Shown here: in pieces, positions 31,888-37,134 of the stretch
Layout of the letters: the number at the start of each line of letters is the position of its first letter
Numbering within the stretch: the stretch's first letter is position 1
NCBI RefSeq assembly: GCF_000315625.1
Contig: NW_005434652.1
Coordinates: 48,310-85,443 of the forward strand
Direction: 5' to 3'
Origin: Guillardia theta CCMP2712
Taxonomy: Eukaryota > Protista > Cryptophyta
DNA: 37,134 nt
Translations under genes and position numbers: made by a program
Notes under the pieces: model-generated
The model's input: only the letters and a program-made list of their open reading frames with translations
Told to the model about the DNA's origin: nothing
Databases searched by the model: none

Positions 31888-34800
31888 ATGGGGATGCAGG
31901 GGCGATGTGGAGGGCGGGTAGCGATCTTGCTCGTGCTCATCGAGTCCTGCGGGTCCTTCGTACAGATAGACGTCCATGGAAGCTGGATCGGCTCCTTTCT
32001 CCGCTGCAGGAGGACAGCGTTCGGACCCTCCTCTTGCACCGGCAGCCAAACTTCGCCTTATCCTGTCTCCAGTCGCTGCAACTTCCAACTACCGAGCATG
32101 CATCGGAGTCAAGATCATTCGCTCTGCTTAAAAGCTTTCCTTCCTCCTGCTGGTGTGTACTGAGCGAGAGTCTTGCTGCCTCCCGATAGAAAGTTGACAT
32201 GAACCGACACAGGTTATCAGGCGCGCCATACTACAATCCTTCGTGCAAGCAGGCTGCCCGAGCAGGAAAGCTCGAGGTCGATGTTGGCTAGTCATGCTAA
32301 CTTGTGTTGCAGGGGAGGATGCCTGCATCGTGGACTGTGACACAACACAGGAGGAGGGCGAAGGTTCGGAGGGCTGCAGCACATGTCGAGTTTGAAACCT
32401 GCATTCCCAGGCTCCAGACTTTGACAAGAACTTCTTGACATACAAGGGACAGAGGTGAATGAAACGTCTCTTGAGCACAAAGAAATAACCTGCTCACGCT
32501 CTTGCGCACCAGATGGCCGAGGGAGATGTTCTTGTTCATAGCGGAAGAGGTGGACATCTCGAATTGTTTCTAATTATCCTTCTTCTCATACAGGACGCTC
32601 CGGCAACACTTCTCACGTTCTTCCCTCCAGGTTGCAGTTCCTCGGGAGAAGCTTCAGCATGTTGCCGACATCTTCACTGAGATCATGTCGCTGAACGTGA
32701 CGTCCAACCTGCGCCCCAAGGTTCAGTTCCTCAGCAGTGAACTCAAGTGATGAAATATTGTTTGGATGATTTTTCTGAGTTTGACGATTCTTCTCAGTAT
32801 ATCAGGTGAGAGCTTGGGGTTGACGATCGGAGCCTTTCCTCAGATTCTTGGATTGAGGTTTGAAGGATGTCAAATTGATTCCAGGCATGATGCAGTGTTG
32901 TTTTTTGCAGTTTGAACCAAAATCTGAGGCCAAAGATCATGTTTTTCCGAGAAACGTTCAATGTTTCGATCAAAGATGTAAATATATCATGGCAGATTGT
33001 TTGGATTCAATCCAATGATATCAATCCTTCCAGATGAGCAGGATTTTTCAGATGTTTCCGCAGTTGTTGAGCTACAGTTTGGAAAATAACATAAAACCCA
33101 AGGTGCTTGCTGTTTCTTCTTTGGAATCCTTTTGTTCTTTGCGTTGAGTCATTTGCAGATTCTCATTTTCAAAAATTATTTTGGCATCTCAGAAGCTGAG
33201 CTCGGCAAAATGTTTGTCAGGTAGGCAACTTCGAGAGTTGTTACAGGAGAGCTGAGCTGTGGTCGATCAGATACCCGAGCATCTTTGCAAACAGCATTGA
33301 CAATCATTTGATGCCGTTGATGGACTTCCTGCTGATAGACGTAAACCATCTTGATATCATCTTGTTCATGATCTTTTGGCTGGCTAGATCGGAGTCGATG
33401 CAAGCCGACTGAAGGTTTTGTTGTCTTGTTTACCACTCTCTTTCCTTGCCATATTCTCTTCTTTTCGTTTGTGTCGATTCTTTCCTCTCCTCTCCTCTTC
33501 TTACCTCACCTACCCTCTCTACTGTCCTCCTCTTCTCCTCCTCCCCTCCGCCCCTCCTTCCTCCTTCTCTCCTCGTCTGCCACACTGCTTCCCTTCTCTG
33601 TTATTCTCTCCCGCCGTTCCCTTGGTCTTTCCCCCCATTTCAGCTTCTTCCTTCTCCTGCCGAGAAACTTCTTCACGTGTGTTTTGAACTTTACAACAGC
33701 AAATCGTGATGGCTTGCCCGATGATTTTGACGTCGAGCATTCAAAACAAGATTGAAGTACATGTTCTGCATTTCCATTCTTCACCTCATCTCTCCTGCAG
33801 CCTAACACCGCATTCTTCACCAACAACCTCAAGATTGCAAGGAGTGACTTTGCAAGGAGTAGGAGATTCTTGCCAACACGAAAGCGTTTTGACGGTCAGC
33901 TTGCAGTGATTGAGAAATGTCCCTGGATTTTGTGCATGAAGATTGAGACGATACAGAATAAGATTGAGTTGATGACTGAGGAGATCGGTTTCACCAAGGT
34001 AATCACTTGCTCTGTTCTACTCTCCACCCCCGCCTCCAACCCGCCCTACCCCTCCAACAATCCCTCCTCCTCTGCCTGCTGCTGCTACAGCAGCAGCAGC
34101 TGCTGCTGCTGCTCCTCCTCCTCCTCCTCTCTCTCTCTCTCTTCCCCCCCCGCCCCCCGCCCCCGCCCCCCTTTCCCCCTCTTCACCGTTCTTCTTATTG
34201 ATTTTCTTGCTCTGGTGATTTACTTGTGAACTCAAAGAAAGAATGCGTTGCGATGTTGAAGAAGGAACCATACCTTCTTTCAAGAAGGTGAGCAAGAATG
34301 AGAAGGAAAAGGAGCAGGCGAGGAGGAGGAAACGAAGAGGGAGGAGGAAGAGAGGAAGATTTAGCCAGTATGTCACGACTTCTGATCTTCTGTGTTCTCC
34401 TCAGTCGCTATCGTCTTTGGTCGACATACAATGGGCTCGTCGACGCAGGTTGCACGTCAGAAGATCTGCTTGGCTCCTGATCTTGTTTGCTACACAGGAA
34501 TCCCTCACAAGTCTGCGTTGAATGTGCGACCTGCTAAGTGTCTGCTGGGTTTTGATGCCCTGCTGCAGTTGTTGAAGATTTCACCACGAATCTTGTTGTT
34601 CGGCTCCAGAGAGATCGCAAGAAACAATATGGAGAGGCTAAAGGTCCTCCTCCTCCTCCTCCTCCTCCTCCTCCTCTTCCTCCTTGCTGCTCCTGTTCGT
34701 CCTGCTTCTACTCTTACTCTTGCTACTCGTGTTGAAGTATGCCTTGATACCCTCCGAACAGGCATTGGGATTTGGAGAGAACGATGTGCTGCGGTTGCTG

Positions 34801-37134
34801 AAGAAGAATCCCAACATTCTCACAACCATCGTAACTCAACTTGTTTCGAGAGTTGCAACAAGTTTGACATGTTCTCTAGAATCTCTCCGACAATGTTGTG
34901 GAGATTGACAAGCTCCTGTCGTGCTACGGTCATCAACAAAGAAAGACTGTTTGCAGAGTTAACATGTTTCATTGCAGGATTTCAAGACCAAGAAATCGTC
35001 AGAGTATTCGAAAGAGCACCTCAGGTTTCCATTTACCAGTTCTCTTCGAAGCTTCTCTTTCCAACAAGCTCTTATTCGCTTTCCTCCGTCCTGCCTGCCT
35101 CTGTATTGAAACTTTGTTTCCTCACTTGCTCTCTCAGATCATGGGCTCCAACATTACAAGAAGTATAAAGCCTTCCCTCCTCTTCCTGCGCGATGAATTG
35201 AACCTCTCAGACTCACAGGTCCTTGAAGCTTTTCACTCCCCTACCTCCTCCTCCTTGCTTCTCCCCTCCCTGCTCCTTCTCCTTCCCCTCCTCTTCCTCC
35301 CTCTGCCTCCTCCTCCTTATCTGATGCGTCGTCTAGATTCACAGACTCGTCAAGCGAGCTCCTCAGATTCTTTCGCTCTCACCCGATCGCGTCCTGCGGC
35401 CTCATACTCACTGTCTCCTTTACTCCATCGGTGATCGTCCTTCCCCCTCCTCCTCCTCCTCTTGCGTGTCCTTCGTCTTGCCCATCTTCTCCTCCTCCTC
35501 ACCTTCGACATCTTTCTCTGCCATCCTCCTTGGTCTCATTCTTGCTCCTCCTCTTGCTCCTTGCTCGCTCCCTCTCAACTTCTTCAGGCATCTCTCCTCC
35601 GCGGCTCGCAAACGTTCTCTGTCGCGCTCCCTCCCTCCTCTACCTCAGGTAAGGACATCTCAATCTTCTTGGTTTCCCCCTCCTACTCCCTCTCCCTCCT
35701 CCCTCTTCCTCCTTCCTTTCGTTTGACAGGAGCTGCAGTATCGAAGAGACTATCATCCCCAACTTTAACTTCTTCGTGCGAGAAGGCTTCTTGACAAGAC
35801 AAGAGTGAGTAGAGGAGCTGTATCAGCATCGTTTGACGTCTTGCTCAGATTCTGCGAGGTCATGCAGAAGAATCCTTCCATCCTGTGCGCTAGGTGAAGA
35901 TAATGGAGAAGCAGGAGGAGGAGGAGGAGGCGACAGGAGCAGCAGGAGGAAGAGCGAGCAATAGTTTAGAATGATGATGCAGTGTAGAAAAGGAGCTGAC
36001 GACAAGGAGCTCAGGGTAAGGGAGGTACAAGCAGAAATGAGGCGTCAGAGAAGGAGGGGCAGGGGCAGGGGCAGGAGGAGCAACGGAGGAGGTGGAGATT
36101 TTGATATGAAATGGCGTTCAGCATCATCAAGAACATCGATCGAAAGATTGAGTGGTTGAGATCTCAATTCGGCTTCTCTGAACGGAGCATCAGAAATCTT
36201 GTCGTCAAACAGCCTCAGGTGCTGCTGATCCTGATTCTTGATGATTGCTCTTGCTTTGCGTGTCATGTTCGTTACATCTCATCATAACAAACTCTTTGGG
36301 ATATGGACACTTTCATCATCGTGTTTCGCTTCCTTGAAAGTCTTTTGTCTTCCTAAATGCTTTCTGATTACTTTGAAATTCTGTTTTGATCTTGTTTCAC
36401 CACCATCTTTCTAGGTTCTCATGTCAAGTCTGGAGGAAAAGTTGATCCCGATGCTTTATTTCCTGATGGATGAACTTTTCTTGAGTCAAGACGAAGTAAT
36501 CTTGTTGAAATCCTCATTTCATCTCCTGTTTCTGCACTTCCTTCTCATCCTCCGTCTCGTCCTTCCTTCTCTCTCCTCCTCCCTCCTCCTCCCTCCTCTC
36601 CTCCTCCTCCCTCCCTCCCCTCCTCCCTCCTCCCTCCTCCCTCCTCCCTCCTCCCTCCTCCCTCCTTCCTCCCATTTTCTCCTCCCTTCTCTTTTTCCTC
36701 CTCCTCTTCTCTCGTAACATTCAACCAGGCTGTCGCAATTCTTTCGAGCAACCCCTCTCTCTTCGGCTTCAACATCTCCATCAACCTTCGTCCGAAAGTT
36801 GACTTCTACACACAGAGGGTAAAAACATTCAAAAATTGTGATGAGATGAACGGTTCTGAGATCATTCTAGCTGAATGCTTCATACGGAGATGTCGGAAGG
36901 ATGTTGTTGAGATATCCACAGTTGCTTGGCCTGTCTATCAAGGTTTTCTCCCGCTTCACTCCTCTCCTCTCCTCTCCTCTCCTCTCCTCTCCTCTCCTCT
37001 CCTCTCCTCTCCTCTCCTCTCCTCTCCTCTCCTCTCCTCTCCTCTCCTCTCCTCTCCTCTCCTCTCCTCTCCTCTCCTCTCCTCTCCTCTCCTCTCCTCT
37101 ACTCGCATCTCCACAGCTAGCACACACATTCCTG
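31888..37134 (+). CDS. mTERF-repeat protein, many exons, probably plastid-targeted; continues past the window end
   Basis: Repeated mTERF units: FPQILGL|SLNQNLRPKIMFF, FPQLLSYSLENNIKPK, YPSIFANSIDNHLMPLMDFL, RAPQ|IMGSNITRSIKPSLLFL, NPSLFGFNISINLRPKVDFY, RYPQLLGLSIK. N-terminus VAILLVLIESCGS-F followed by an S/R-rich stretch resembles a bipartite presequence. Confidence 0.9.
36961..37100 (+). repeat. (CCTCT)n microsatellite, about 28 units, intronic
   Basis: Read directly. Confidence 0.95.

Overview
Eukaryotic, intron-rich nuclear DNA. Short 44-65 nt GT-AG introns, CT/GA-rich intron tracts, a lone RWP-RK factor and a signal peptide followed by Phe suggest a cryptophyte such as Guillardia; this is an inference. 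Genes from left to right: a possible Fuseless-like membrane protein (-), an F-box/LRR-like protein (-), SRR1-like (+), a Cys-rich GPI-type surface protein (-), an RWP-RK transcription factor (-) between two GC-rich palindrome-dense non-coding islands, a PINX1-like G-patch protein (+), a TLC-domain protein (-), a hypothetical multi-exon gene (-), a serine palmitoyltransferase small subunit (-), tRNA-Pro(TGG), three copies of a 196-aa Erf4/CHIC-like gene (-), and a long, probably plastid-targeted mTERF gene (+) that runs off the window. The most notable structure is 22.0-31.9 kb: a 1507-bp tandem duplication, then a ~3.4-kb internally deleted Crypton-like (tyrosine-recombinase transposon) element sitting exactly between two copies of a ~2.6-2.7 kb host segment. 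Second is an apparent ordered set of short strand-symmetric motifs in the intergenic DNA. All family assignments come from motif recognition by eye; no searches were run.
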